A stretch of 64,000 nucleotides of DNA from Octopus sinensis (GCF_006345805.1 NC_043001.1:25482001-25546000); one strand, 5' to 3'; counted from the stretch's first letter, positions 11,923-25,725 are shown. Notes: generated from the letters alone by a model not told the origin. Program-made: numbers and translations.

Positions 11923-12236
11923 CTCGTCTTTACCAGGTAATTTTAACAAGACAATGCCTTGGTGGACTTTTGGAATAGCACACCTATATAAGTCAAATTT
12001 TTTCCATTTTGATGGGGAATTTTCAAATTTTTTTCATCACACCCTTACAAATGATGTGGAGAAGCTTTTTATGAAGACATTAAAAAATATATATATATAA
12101 AAAACAAAGAAAATTACTGGAATCAAGTCATTCAAATAGAAATTCTTCAAGGAGGTGTCCCAACATGGCTGCAGTCTAATGACAGAAACCAAGTAAAAGA
12201 TAAAATTAAAGCATCAAATTCAATATTTAAATTCAC

Positions 12237-12389
12237 CTTTTTTTGTTGGGCAGCAGGTTTTGAACTAGTCACAGCTTTAGAAGTTGCTGCTGCTGTTGTT
12301 GTTGTTACAGCAGAAGGCTGTGACTTCTGAGAATTGCGGGGTTGACCATTGGGTAATAACAACACTGCTTTCTCTGCGCATTCTTTTAT
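12237..12389 (-). CDS. CKAP5: CKAP5 coding exon 13 (IKECAEKAVL...low-complexity linker...QQKK), 153 nt
   Basis: IKECAEK matches the end of TOG2; ttttcag| and |gtgaat. Confidence 0.9.
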
Positions 12390-12926
12390 CTGAAAATATA
12401 TCAATTTATAAATATCACATAAGCTATAAATACATTACTAATTATGTTCTCTGAAATTATCTAAATAATAAAATATGGTATCAAAGATCTAAAACACGAT
12501 TATTTGATATCTTCTGTCTTACAGTGAAACAAACATTATTTTGCCAGTTATCATGTAATATAAACACTGTCCAGTATTTGTTATAGAACGGTGACTTGTG
12601 TGCCTCAATGACATTGAGAGCTATACCAGTAGAGGACAAGCTCCTGGTAGGACTGGACCGGTCAAAGGATACAGGCCTAACTAATATGGACCACCTCTTC
12701 CCAGAAGTAAAAATGGGTTTGTGCAGGCCAACTCCCCTACCTAGAAAAAAGTAAAGTTACAGAAGCATTGATAACAATTCAAAATCACTAAAACCTGGGA
12801 GAGGAAGGCTTTTACTCAGGGAAAATAAACCAGAGTGAATAACAATAGAGAAAAGTTGCTAATGGGCTATGATCTATAGGGGTGAAGGGCTTAAGTTAAT
12901 TAAGTTGAATTTAAAGCCTGACAAAC

Positions 12927-13055
12927 CTTCTGCTGCTTAATGTTGTCTACATCAGTTATAAACGGCATTATATTTTTCTCTCCCACTAGTTGCATTGCAG
13001 TTCCAAGGGCTTCGAAAGATGATTCTCGTACTTCTGGGACAGGATCATTAATAGT
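12927..13055 (-). CDS. CKAP5: CKAP5 coding exon 12, TOG2 (TINDPVPEVRESSFEALGT...KQQK), 129 nt
   Basis: PEVR...FEALGTA motif; tttatcag| and |gtttgt. Confidence 0.97.
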
Positions 13056-14218
13056 CTGATAAAGGAAGTAAATTAAAAAAAAGAATAAGTAATGTACAAG
13101 CACATTTTTTTTTAATTAACACTTAAAATAAGACATCAAATGAAATAAAAACAATGATAATGAGAAAAATCTATCAACAAATGAAGACACTGCTCTATTC
13201 TCATATAGAGATATTCTAAATTATTCACTATTTTTCAGTTAGTTCAAAATTCCAACAGATATTTCTTTAACTGAGTGACTAAGAATTTTTTTTATCTCTA
13301 ACCAATGTAAAGCACAGCACCAGTGATGAGATATAAATTCACAATTCTTCTGCCAAAAGGATAGCAACTAACCTCAGTTGTTTCAAATCTTTGAGAAAGC
13401 ATTAGAACATATACAAGAAAGTCAATACAGATTATAAACATGTTTGGATATTTCAAAAAAAAAATATACATATATGAGCCTACAGGTAAATTGAAAGCAC
13501 AGAAGCTAATTCAATGTAACTTTGCATCTAGCAAGACTAATTACATAAATATCAGACAAATTTAATGAAGGAGATGAAACAATTCAGTTATGGGATTTGA
13601 ACTGAACATTTAATTTAGAATTTTGATGATTCTAACAGAATTTCATCCTACTTCAGAACGTAATACAGTAATACATCTGTATTAAGTGTAGAAGAAAGAC
13701 TTCTACACTCTCAGATGGCTATCAATAGAGAAACTGACCAGCTGCAAAAGTACTACTACTCAAAAAAAATTTTTTTATCTATAAATGATTTTTCTCTTTT
13801 TGTTACTCAGGCAAAATGCAATATATGTTAATTCTTTTATTATTTTGCTTACAAAACTTTTTAACATTAAAATATAAACTGTATTGCATGCAACCTCACA
13901 CAGTTATAAGGAAGAAATGACCTCAAGATTAATATAATCCAAATTCTTCAGCATCAGATATAAGTCATTTAGTAATGTATAATTACTACTAAAATAAAGT
14001 AACAAGCATTCTGATTTTCTAGGTCAAGACCTGCTAATCTAAAATCTCAGATGCTAAATTTAACTACATACTTAGTTTGTAGACTGTTAGCACCAACTAG
14101 AACTAAACTGACTTAGTCTAGAATAAAGCATAAATTTTCTAGTCAAAATCTTAACTTCAAGTTAATATCACCCACAAAGTATGTATTGAGAATCAAAATT
14201 TAAGCACATAGATGTTAC

Positions 14219-14383
14219 CTTTACAAGAGCTACACAGTAGACCTTAAGAATTTTCTTAGGTAGTGCGTTAGGGACGGCTTTTGCAATTGATCGAGCTAAG
14301 AAACTGGCAGTCTCAGTTCGAATTGATGGATTTTTATTCTCAAGAGCAGCTACAGCATCCTCCATAATTAATTCAAAATTCAT
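14219..14383 (-). CDS. CKAP5: CKAP5 coding exon 11, TOG2 (MNFELIMED...NKNPSIR...VALVK), 165 nt
   Basis: NKNP motif; ttttcag| and |gtaaca. Confidence 0.96.
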
Positions 14384-15911
14384 CTGAAAATATTTCCAAA
14401 TTCACAAATATAAATTAAATGAATACATTATTTGAGTATAAATTGTACAGGAACACAGAGTATCAAAAAGAGATACAAATACGATTTATTTGTTTGTATT
14501 CGTTTTGTATGCACACCAATGCTTTCTCTAAATATAAACATGAACTTGCGGTTGAATACTCAACCATCAAATTTTTACTGAACTAAGATTACTATACATT
14601 TATTTCAATACTATTTAACAGATAAATGAAAAGAATTAATCAGTAACTTTAATTACTGCGTATCAAAAGCTTTGTATCATAGCTATTCTATAAAACAGTT
14701 CAGATAAAAACCTAAAAGAAGAGAAAAAGAGTAAAAATAACTTTCTTTCAGACAAAATCTTATTTGAATAAAAATGATTATCCACAGAGTTTTTCCTTTC
14801 CAATACCAATTCACACCTGGGCCCCACATTTCCAACTCACCTAATTCAATTTTTAAATTGAAATATCAACTAATATTGTTTAATATAAATAACACCGGAT
14901 TTCAGCTTTAACACAGTTTATGTTTGAGCTTTTTTTTTTTTTAAAGTTGTATTCCAAACATGAGCTCAATGTACCAATACAGTTTTTAAAATTTTTGGCA
15001 CAATGCCAGCAAAAACTCAGTGGAATCAATGGTAAGGATTTAAATGATTCAAATAGATGGTGGTGTATTGAATTATGCCGGTGGCACGTAAAAAGCACCA
15101 TCCAACCGTGGTTGTTTGCCAGCCTCGTCTGGCATGTAAAAAGCACCCACTACACTCACGGAGTGGTTGGCGTTAGGAAGGGCATCCAGCCATAGAAACA
15201 TTGCCAGATCAGATTGGGCCTGGTGCAGCCTTCTGGCTTCCCAGACCCCAGTTGAACTGTCCAACCCATGCTAGCATGGAAAGTGGAAGCTAAATGATGA
15301 TGATGATTATGTAGAACATTGTTAATAAACTGAAATGAGTCTCTTAGAGGAAAAAAAACAAAATAAACCTAATGGCATTTGATAGCAGTTCTCAAAGAAA
15401 ACGGGAAAACAATTTCAAGATGCAGCATGGAATTTTGTCAATGAACAGGTCGCGGTCTCAAAGCGACAAAAATATTTTGACAAATTAAATTTAAATGTTG
15501 AAGTGAATCTAACGGATTTTGTGTGTTTCTTAAATGGCTAATAAACACCTTCCACGCTGCAATTGTTTTCGTTCCAGCACACGATCTCAAATCAGGTCAC
15601 TTGCTAAGCAAGTACATCTCCGTAATTTCAAGAAATTAAGAATCAATTACACAAAAAAAAGAATATTTCTATAACCTTGGATTAATCAATGTCAGATGAG
15701 TGGAATTTGGTAAAGGAAAACTATGCAGAAGCTTGTTTTGTGTGTGTGTGTGTGTGTGTGTAACTATCTCTTTATGTTTTATGTATCTTTATGCTCAATA
15801 AATAGAAATTAATAAACTAAGTAACATAAGGGTCAATATTACTAGACTAGACCATCGAAGGCAGTGCCCCAGCTTGGTCTCAGGTTGATGACTGAACAAA
15901 AGAATACTTAC

Positions 15912-16001
15912 ACACTGAAATACTGCATCAATTGCTTCTCTTAAGGCAGCAACAACCGCGAGTTTCTTTTCTTTAAATTTATCCAGTAGTACTCCAAAAC
16001 A
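15912..16001 (-). CDS. CKAP5: CKAP5 coding exon 10, TOG2 (CFGVLLDKFKEKK...REAIDAVFQC), 90 nt
   Basis: KFKEKK motif; tttgaag| and |gtaagt. Confidence 0.96.
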
Positions 16002-16583
16002 CTTCAAACAAAAATATATTCTTTATTGAAGTTTTGCTTGAATTTTCAACACTGAATATCTTATTTAAATCAGGCACAGGCAACTTTTTTCAAGAAATGG
16101 TCCGCATGAGCCATGGTTCAATACCAGTGGGCTGCACTACTAAAATTATTCAAGATAATTTTTTACTAGCTACCATTCACAAAGTCCTGCAGACCATAGT
16201 TTGCCCACGACTGATTTAAATCTTTAATTAAATATACAACTCATAAAATATAAATTTATTTATATTATCTTTTTCTGTGATTCTATTGGTCAAGTTTAAA
16301 ATATTCAGTTTAAAATAATATAAAGCTTTCATAATTTAAAAATAACTGGAAAATCAGTTATTTAGGAAGTTTATCAAAAACGTTACTAAAATAACAAAAG
16401 AATTTAAAAACTAGAAACAAAAATGATACAATCATAATTTTAAAATTTTACAACATTTATATTAGAAACTTAAATAATTAGTTTCAACAAATTTTTAACG
16501 AATGAATAAATCTAAGATGTATGAAGTCACAGTAAGGTGTTCATTTAGCTGAGAAGAGAATTGAAAGAACAAAAATAAAATTA

Positions 16584-16751
<168 letters not shown>

Positions 16752-17687
16752 TTATTTGAAGAAAAGCACTTCCTTCTGAACTATCACTGAGTGTATTTCA
16801 TCATAGCCCCAGCACTAGACAGGTTGCCCTACATCCCATAAGACTAAAGAAATCCCATATGCCAGGATATGAGGATGTGTTCATTTGCTGTGGCATGAAA
16901 TAACAAAGAAATCAACAGGAATAACTTAGACAGGTGGGTAGAGGGAGTAAGAGCAAAATGGCAGGAACGAAGTGATGGGAGTGAAAAGGTGTAAAAGGAA
17001 GAGACAGTGATAGATTGCAATAGAGGTAGATGAGACTGAGTGATAGAGTGTATCATGCTCAAATAATTTTTCTAACCAATGCATTCTTTATATACAGGCT
17101 TTGTGGTTAGTGAGAGAAGTAGAATGGGACTGAATATGAATTTGTCCAATAGCATCCCTCATTACAAGGGCAACATGAATGGGAGAGATAGAGAGTGGCA
17201 GAGAGATAAGAAAGTCAGACAGATTCAGTGCCATTCCTACTTACACAGGCAGAATGGTTACAGTGAGTAGAGCTACTGTCATCCTTAGCTAAACCAGCAG
17301 CAGAGTATAGGGGATTGAAGGTAGAGTGAATGATAGAAAGAGAGAAAATGAGGAAGGAAAATATCAATGGATGCTAGGGAAAATGTTTACAAACTCTTAA
17401 AAACGAAGAACATCACAATTTCAAGGTTCACTAATTTAAAATACAATCAGTGGGAAAGTAACTTTTCACGAACACAATAATATTCATTTATTACCAACCA
17501 AATCCTTAATAAATTCAAAAAAAAAAGAAAGAAAGAATATATAGAAGACAGTTTTATTTCATATTTAAATAAAAATAATGTGTTTATTGTTTTTGGTGTC
17601 TCCCACCTGAGATTGCTATTTTTAAAGTAATTTTCAATTTCTGCAAACAGACCAGTCTACCAATTATTTTTAAAAACCTGTTCATAT

Positions 17688-17954
17688 ACTCTTTTCTCTT
17701 TTACTCGTTTCAGTCATTTGACTGCGGCCATGCTGGAGCACCGCCTTTAATCGAGCAACTCGACCCTGGGACTTATTCTTTTGTAAGCCCAGTATTTATT
17801 CTATCGGTCTCTTTTGCCGAACCGCTAAGTAACGAGGACATAAACACACCAGCATCAGTTGTCAAGCAATGCTAGGGGGACAAACACAGACGCACACGCA
17901 TATATATATCTATATATATATATATACATATATACGACAGGCTTCTTTCAGTTT
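17688..17954 (-). mobile_element. SINE family A, 3' half
   Basis: Reverse complement of the family A tail. Confidence 0.8.
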
Positions 17955-18158
17955 TCTCTAGCTAATCCTCATAACCTCAATATAAGAAAAGTAGAGAATA
18001 TATTTACTACTGCTCCCTCATCCTCTCCTTTCTTGTTACCACTTTATATCTGAAGTGCTTGGCATGATGAAAGACGTCTAGTAGCAAAACCATCATTCTA
18101 AATAGTTAGCTATCAAGCCTCTAGGTAACTGCTCAACTTGCCAGAAATAAAAGCCATT

Positions 18159-18575
18159 AGGGCGGCGACCCGGCAGGAACGTTAGCACACCGGGTGAAAT
18201 GCTTAGCAGTATTTCGTCTGCCGTTAAGGTCTGAGTTCAAATTCCGCCGAGGTCAACTTTGCTTTTCATCATTTCGGGGTTGATTAAATAAGTACCAGTT
18301 ACGCACTGGGGTCGATGTCATTGACTTAATACCTATGTCTGTCTTTGTTTGTTCCCTCTATGTTTAGCCCCTTGTGGGTAATAAAGAAATAGGTATTTCG
18401 TTTGCTGTTACGTTCTGAGTTCAAATTCCACCGAGGTCAACTTTGCCTTTCATCATTTCGGGGTTGATTAAATAAGTACCAGTTACGCACTGGGGTTGAT
18501 ATAATCGACTTAATCCGTTTGTCTGTCCTTGTTTGTCCCCTCTGTGTGTAGCCCCTTGTGGGCAGTAAAGAAATA
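18159..18575 (+). mobile_element. SINE family C dimer
   Basis: One full and one 5'-truncated monomer inside a single 16-bp TSD AGAAATAAAAGCCATT. Confidence 0.85.
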
Positions 18576-19409
18576 AGAAATAAAAGCCATTTCCATCAAA
18601 TCACACATTAACATCTTAGAAAATGTGGTCCTAAATATGTTTCCTGAGGAAAAAAAAAGGATGGTCAAAGCTAGATTGGAAAATTAAAAAAAATTAAATA
18701 TAGGATGGTCGTGGCTTTTGAGAACAGGTCTGTCCAATCAAGCCTGGCCTGAAGCTAAACAACAATCACTTTCAGTCTATTTATACTTTGCCACAAAAAC
18801 CTAAATACTCATCTGCTCTAATAATTAGTCTGATAATTCAACTGCAGATAATAGTGATAATGATGGAGATTAGTTAGCTTGGTTGTGGTGGTGGTGGCAA
18901 ACATAATTCAGAAAAACATATCTATTAAAAAAAAAAAAACATTCAAGTAAGGTCGTTGCCAGTACTGCTGGACTGGCTCCTGTACAGGTGGCACATAAAA
19001 AACACCATTTGAGCATGGCCATTGCCAGTACCGCCTGACTGGCCCTTGTGTCGGTGGCACGTAATAGCACCCACTACACTCTCGGAGTGGTTGGCGTTAG
19101 GAAGGGCATCCAGCAGTAGAAACTCTGCCAGATCAGATTGGAGTCTGGTGCAGCCATCTGGTTTGCCAGACCTCAGTCAAATCGTCCAACCCATGCTAGC
19201 ATGGAAAGCAGACGTTAAATGATGATGATGATGATTTTTAAAAGGGGGAGGAAACTCTTCTAATAAACAAAACTGATAATCAAACGTTAGGAAGTAGCTA
19301 ATTAAGCAGAAAAATCACTCGTAAAGATGCTGTGATTGATTTTTTAAAATATGCTAAGTTCACTGAGATGAATAGACTTGTTGTATAATGGGATAAAGGA
19401 ATAGAAATT

Positions 19410-19975
19410 TAGGTGCAGGTGTGGCAGTGTGGTAAGAAGTTTGCTTCCCAACATGGTTCCAGGCTCAGTCCCACTGTGTGGCACCTTGGACAAGTGCCTT
19501 CAATTATAGCCTTTGAGAGTGGATTTAGTAGACGGAAACTGAAAGGAGCCCATCACATAAATGGGTCTGTGACTTTGTGGCTGTTTTCGTCCTTCCATCA
19601 GCACTTGACAACTGGTGCTGGTGTGTTTATAATAATAATGAAATTATTGTATACAGTGCTCAGGTGCACCACAACTTGTCAGAAAGTGCATATAAAGTAC
19701 ATGCAGTAATGTAAAAATGTCTGGAAAGCGAACAATGTAGGAGTCAGATACATGCTTGTGTGTGTATGGAGGGGAGAAAATCAGGTGTAGTGTTGGCGAA
19801 TCTCGGAAACCTAAATATGTCCCCATAAGCAGGCAGCTTAACAAAAGAGGCTGATAGAATAAGTACTAGGCTTTTAAAAAAAAGTCCTGGAGTCAATTTG
19901 TTCAACTAAAACCCTTCAAGGCAGAACCCCAGCATGGCCGCAGTCAAATAACTGAGACAAGATAAACGATATTAC
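19410..19975 (+). mobile_element. SINE family A, interrupted by an insertion
   Basis: Head at 19410; resumes at ~19817. Confidence 0.75.
19631..19815 (-). mobile_element. Inserted repeat, probably a LINE 3' end with (ATT)n tail, nested in a SINE
   Basis: Interrupts the SINE at gtgtgttta|...|tgtcccc; the CR1-type assignment is from recall. Confidence 0.5.
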
Positions 19976-20188
19976 TTTAGTAAAAAATAAATAAATAAAA
20001 ATTGTGACACATCTTTTCAGAAGCTGTTAGAAATTATGTTGGAATCTCTACCTCAGCTATATTTTACTTTTTGTATATGCACTTATATCAATACTGACAG
20101 TTAGTCTGAACTCTAACTGAGAACATATTAAAGTATTTAATATAATTACATTCATACTTCCTTCCACCACCACACACCATCTGTCTTA

Positions 20189-20347
<159 letters not shown>

Positions 20348-21201
20348 TTAAAACTCAACTTGAAATTATTAAAAAAAAAAAAATCTTATCTATTACAGGA
20401 AGGAAATTAAAATGAAACAGTATCAAATCGTATCACTTGTTAAAATATATTATTCATGTGAAGTATTAAAATAGCTACTAATATTTAAAGGAGACATGCT
20501 TTTCATAACATTTAACAAATTTTAAAATCATTCTGAAACAGTTATTTGTGGCTGGCTTCATTTCAAAACAAAAAAGTTTACTGAAAAATACCGAAGACAC
20601 GAGATTATAAAATCATATGTACCACTCCATCCAGCCGTAGAAACACTGCCAGATCAGACTGGGCCTGATGCAGCCTTCTGGCTTCACAGACCCCAGTTGA
20701 ACCGTCCAACCCATGGCTGGCATGGAAAGCGGACGCTAAATGATGATGATGAATATTTCAAGTAGGAATTCATATTAGATTCATAAAAATAACTGTCTGG
20801 TCGCCAAAACAAAACACTCAAAAGATATGATGCATAACTGATATAAGCTTTTTAGTAATTAAATGTAACTTAGCCATTTTGTTACAGTATTTTGGTAAAA
20901 TAACATCATCGTTATTAACCTGATGTTTACAATATAAATTAATGTGAAATTTGAATGAGAAATTTCAATTTATATTTGTTATCATAGAACCAAGTAGAGT
21001 TTCAAGCAGGTCGGTATCAAAAGGGTTATGGTCTGGTACATTAAATTACTGGCAATTTTACACAATATTTGGTAACAAGCTGCATTCATTAACCATTCTG
21101 TTAAAGCTTTTCTAGTATCAGTCACTTGAAACCAAAACAATTTTGGTAAACAAATATCAGTAACTAAGTTTTAAATATCTTAGCAATATAATACTGAGTT
21201 T

Positions 21202-21520
21202 GTGAAGGCGCATGGCTCAGTGGTTAGAGCGTCGAGCTTACGATCGTGAGGTTGTGAGTTCAATTCCCGGACCGGGCCGCGTGTTGTCTTCTTGAGCAAG
21301 ACACTTTATTTCATGTTGCTCCAGTTAACTCAGCTGTAGAAATGAGATGCGACATCACTGGTGCCAAGCTGTATTGGCCTTTGCCTTTCCCTTAGATAAC
21401 ATCAGTGGTGTGCATGGGCGACTGCTGGCCTTCCATAAACAACCTTGCCCAGACTTGTGCCTGGGAGGGTAACTTTCTAGGTGCAATCTCATAGTCATTC
21501 ATGACCGAAGGGGGTCTCCC
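21202..21520 (+). mobile_element. tRNA-headed SINE family D
   Basis: TGGCTCAGTGG A-box, GAGTTCAATTCC B-box; 14-bp TSD ATAATACTGAGTTT at 21188..21201 and 21521..21534. Confidence 0.85.
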
Positions 21521-22164
21521 ATAATACTGAGTTTACAATGTTGTTAAACATAAGAAACAAAACCAATGTGTTCATGTTGTTTATATTAACCTCAACATAG
21601 AAAAAGATCACACTTCTACAAATCAATTCATTATCTCAGCTTTCTTTTAATGATAAACCACTTATGAATTTTTATCAGAATATAAAGGTATAGCTGTTAG
21701 ATTACAGTAAAAATGTTCAGTTTCTCCTTATAGCTCACAGCAAAGTTTTCAAAATAGGTGCAAATGTGGCTGTGTGGTAAAAAGTTTGTTTCTCGACCAC
21801 AAAATTCCTGGTTTAGTCCAACTGTGTGGCACCTTGGTGAAGGATCTTCTATAGCTTCAGACTATATTAGAAGACAGAAAGCCTTGCGAGTGGATTTGAT
21901 AGACAGAAACTGAAGGCAGCCTGCCGTGCGCGCATGCGTGTGTATGTCAGTGTCCCACCACCACTTGACAATAGGTGTTGGTTTGTTTCAGCAACTTAGT
22001 GGTTCAGCAAAAGGTGACCGATGGAATAAGTTCCAGTCTTTAAAACTATAATGTACTGGAGTCAATTTATTTGACTCAATCAAGGTGGTGCCCCAGCCTG
22101 GGCTCAGTTTAGTGATAAGAGAAAAACTAAAAGACAATCATTTTTAGATAAATAAGAAACTTAC

Positions 22165-22256
22165 AATTTGATCATAAAAGTTTTTAGGTAACATTGCTAA
22201 GATATTGACAGGTTCCATCAGGTCATATGGATCCACCTCTTCTACATGAGCAGCAC
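22165..22256 (-). CDS. CKAP5: CKAP5 coding exon 7 (AAHVEEVDPYDLMEPVNILAMLPKNFYDQI), 92 nt
   Basis: Matches [24 protein letters not shown]; ttttcag| and |gtaagt. Confidence 0.95.
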
Positions 22257-23372
22257 CTGAAAATGAATGAGGGAACAAATTAAGTAAACTGAGTGTTACA
22301 TGTTCCTTGATAATATAGTATACACAGTTGGAAATAAAGACCCTGTGGAATGGTGGTCATAGGATTAAATACTCAGCTACAACTTCTCAGAGATGTTTTA
22401 AGAAATTTGCTTTGTATAAGGAATGAAAATTGGTAAGCCCTAAATATTTATATATATGTATTGAACAGCTTCCAAATTTCTAAGCCAGGATTCGAAATTG
22501 AATCCACATTTTCATACAAGTTCACTTCTTGTTCTTGCTTTTTGCACTAAGAAATTTATGAGAATTAACTGTGATCTTGAACTTTTTCGAGTCAATTATG
22601 GATCAGGGTTGATCAGAGAGGAAAAATCCTTTGTCTAACCTAACTTAATCTAGTTACAGAAAATATAAACGCACAACCAAAATTCAGTTCTACCTCTTTG
22701 ATCCCTTGGCCTCTAGTCAGAGAGCATCTGTTTCTCACTTCACATATGGCCCATCATCGTGTAACAACACAGCTCTGACCCCTATTTGTCCAAACTCTCT
22801 TTTACTCTTTCTCTCTCTAGCAGTTGCCCACAGATGAAGCAAACTACCAAACAGAATGGACTAAAAAACTAAAAATAATTTGTATACCACAGCAACTCAA
22901 ACAGTTCAAAGTAGTTGTAACTTACTTTCTAATGATGATAAAGAACCATTTCAATTAGCAATTAATATTTTTCATCTCTCACTTATTTAGTGTGAATTAT
23001 CATTACTGCCTGGCCCCCATGCCAGTGGCACGTAAAAAGCACCATCCAATCATGGCCGTTTGCCAGCCTCGTCTGGCACGTAAAAAGCACCCACTACACT
23101 CGCGGAGTGGTTGGCGTTAGGAAGGGCATCCAGCCATTGCCCGATCAGACTGGGCCTGATGCAGCCTTCTGGCTTCCCAGACCCCAGTTGAACCGTCCAA
23201 CCCATGCTAGCATGGAAAGCGGACGCTAAACGATGATGATGATGTTATAATTGGTGACCTCCAATGTTTATAAATTGTTAAAATTGGATCTTACACTTAT
23301 CATTATATATATATATATATATATTAAACATTAAAAAATACTACAAAATCTTAACTAAGCAAGCCTCCTTAC

Positions 23373-23523
23373 CAGGAGCATCTCCATCTCCACAGGGAGC
23401 AGCAGCAGCAGCGGCGGCTGCCTGTTCTAGCTTAGCTTTGAGATCCTGTTGTGATCTCAGAAAACGAGTTTGAATGGGTCTTTCAGCAGGTAGCTTTTCA
23501 AATTCAGCTTCAAATTCTTGGAC
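23373..23523 (-). CDS. CKAP5: CKAP5 coding exon 6 (VQEFEAEFEKLP...TRFLRSQQ...A8...), 151 nt
   Basis: Conserved RFLRSQQ motif; aaacag| and |gtaagg. Confidence 0.95.
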
Positions 23524-23909
23524 CTGTTTGAATGCAGAAAGAATATTCATTTAAAATCATTAAATATATATAGTTAACTTTATAAAAATTATATATTTAA
23601 ATAAATACTTTTATTTATTTTGTTCTTTACCAATTTTAGAGAAATGTTTCAATTTAAGATTAAGCTCATCTAACATAAGGTAACAAAAAAAATAATAATA
23701 ATCACCCACACATTTCACTTCAAATTCAATTTTACTTGTCAAAAATGTAGAAGATTTGAACTGTAATTATTATAATATTCAGAAACCAAATATAGCACAT
23801 ATTGTTTTATCCTTCCCAATGCTCATATTTTCTGAAAACACACATTTTAAAGAACTACAATTGTATAAAATACTGCGAGTACACTACTTAAAATATAAAC
23901 TAATATTAC

Positions 23910-24081
23910 CTGAATTGGGTTGAAATTGGTAAATTGTGATTTAATAGCAGCACCAATCCATCTGTAGATTTCAATAACTAATTGCTTAGTTTCTTCACGA
24001 ACTGTTTTGTCACGGTCTTCTAATAGTCTTGCTAATACTTTAATTATAGGTTTCACTTGAACAACTTTTGAACCATATTCT
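23910..24081 (-). CDS. CKAP5: CKAP5 coding exon 5, TOG1 (EYGSKVVQVKPIIK...EIYRWIG...NPIQ), 172 nt
   Basis: Within ORF 23847..24101; EIYRW motif; canonical splice sites. Confidence 0.97.
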
Positions 24082-24513
24082 CTGTAATGTAATATTTTCA
24101 AAACAAATTTTTAATAATGAAAAAATTCTGAAAGAGAATTTTTAGTAAAAATATTAGTTTAAGATTACTCTGTTAAATGTAACACTTACTTATTCGCATT
24201 ATTTTAAATTTATCATGCATTATCTCGTAGCTTCAAGATTTCAATGATATGATTGTTTATCTTTAGAATGACATTGTAGGGTAGGTGTGAGAGGCCAAAT
24301 CTAGCCAGTTTGAACGAAAAACAACTAAAACATTCAGGCCAAATATGGCTGGTTTAAATGCTAAGAGGTTAAAAGATGGGTAATTTTTTTTTATAATAAA
24401 AAAAAGATTTTTGTCACAATAACAAAAAAAGCATCAGCAAGTGTTTTCATTGCTTTGTTTTTATGAATGCTTTCCAATGCTAGCACAGGTTAGATAAATA
24501 TATCATTGAAACA

Positions 24514-24807
24514 TAGGCGTAGGAGTGGCTGTGTGGTAAGTAGCTTGCTTACGAACCACATAGTTCCAGGTTCAGTCCCACTGCGTGGCACCTTGGGCCG
24601 TTGTATATGTGTGTGTGTGTGTATGCGTGTGTGTCTGTGTTTGTCCCCGCAACATTGTTTGACAACCAATGCTGGTGTGTTTACGTCCCCATAACTTAGC
24701 GGTTCAGCAAAAGAAACCGATAGAATAAGTCCTGGGGGCGATTTGCTCGACTAAAGGCAGTGCTTCAGCATGGCCACACTCACATGACTGAAACAAGTAA
24801 AAGAGTA
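24514..24807 (+). mobile_element. SINE family A with internal deletions
   Basis: Family A head and tail present. Confidence 0.8.
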
Positions 24808-25282
24808 ACCAAAAGCTCTTCCTATCACTAACCCATGTCTGTATTACATGTGAAGTAAACCTTACTTCAGACATCTTCGAAGATGCAAAACCAGCAGAAA
24901 ACCTACTAACAGAGGAAATGACAGAAATACTTCTGCTTATAGCAGAGTGAATTTTTAAGAACAAATGTAAACAGAGAGGTGTATGTGTGTATACACATGC
25001 ACACACAACAGGCTTCTTTCTGTTTCCATCAACCAAATTCACTTGTACATAAGCCTGAGCTATATTAAAAGACACTTGGTCAAGGTACCACACAGTAGAA
25101 CTGAACCTGAAACCTGATGGTTGGGAAATAAACTTCTTAATCAAACAGCCATGCTGCACCGGCAATATCTTTCAGTCACATGGAATCCAATAATGTGAAT
25201 ATTTCTCAAATTAGAATGCTATACTAAACTCAGATAGGTTTATTTTCATATAAGAAGCTAAGATATAAATTATATATCGCAA

Positions 25283-25626
25283 TGGAAATTGCGGCTGTGA
25301 TACCAGTGCCGGTGACAAGTAAGCGAACCATCCGATCGTGGCCGTTGCCAGTGCCGCCCCGACTGGCCTCCGTGCCGGTGACACGTAAAAAGCACCATCC
25401 GTTCGTGGCCGTTGCCAGCCTCGCCTGGCCCCCGTGCCGGCGGCACGTAAAAAGCACCCACTACACTCGCGGAGTGGTTGGCGTTAGGAAGGGCATCCGG
25501 CCGTAGAAACACTGCCAGATCAGACTGGGCCTGATGCAGCCTTCTGGCTTCACAGACCCCAGTTGAACCGTCCAACCCATGCTAGCATGGAAAACAGACG
25601 CTAAATGATGATGATGATGATGATGA
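25283..25626 (+). mobile_element. RTE 3' end (family B), young copy
   Basis: (GAT)n tail ends 19 bp from the exon 4 donor. Confidence 0.8.
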
Positions 25627-25645
25627 AAGGTTTGTAATACCTTAC

Positions 25646-25725
25646 CTTAAAGCTCGAGTGAGAGCCATTACAGAGCCCACAACTATTTTAGGTTGTTTGT
25701 ATTCCACACCTTTCAAGAGTTCTTC
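25646..25725 (-). CDS. CKAP5: CKAP5 coding exon 4, TOG1 (EELLKGVEYKQPKIVVGSVMALTRAL), 80 nt
   Basis: Matches EELLKGLDNKNPKIIV; ttttcacag| and |gtaagg. Confidence 0.95.
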
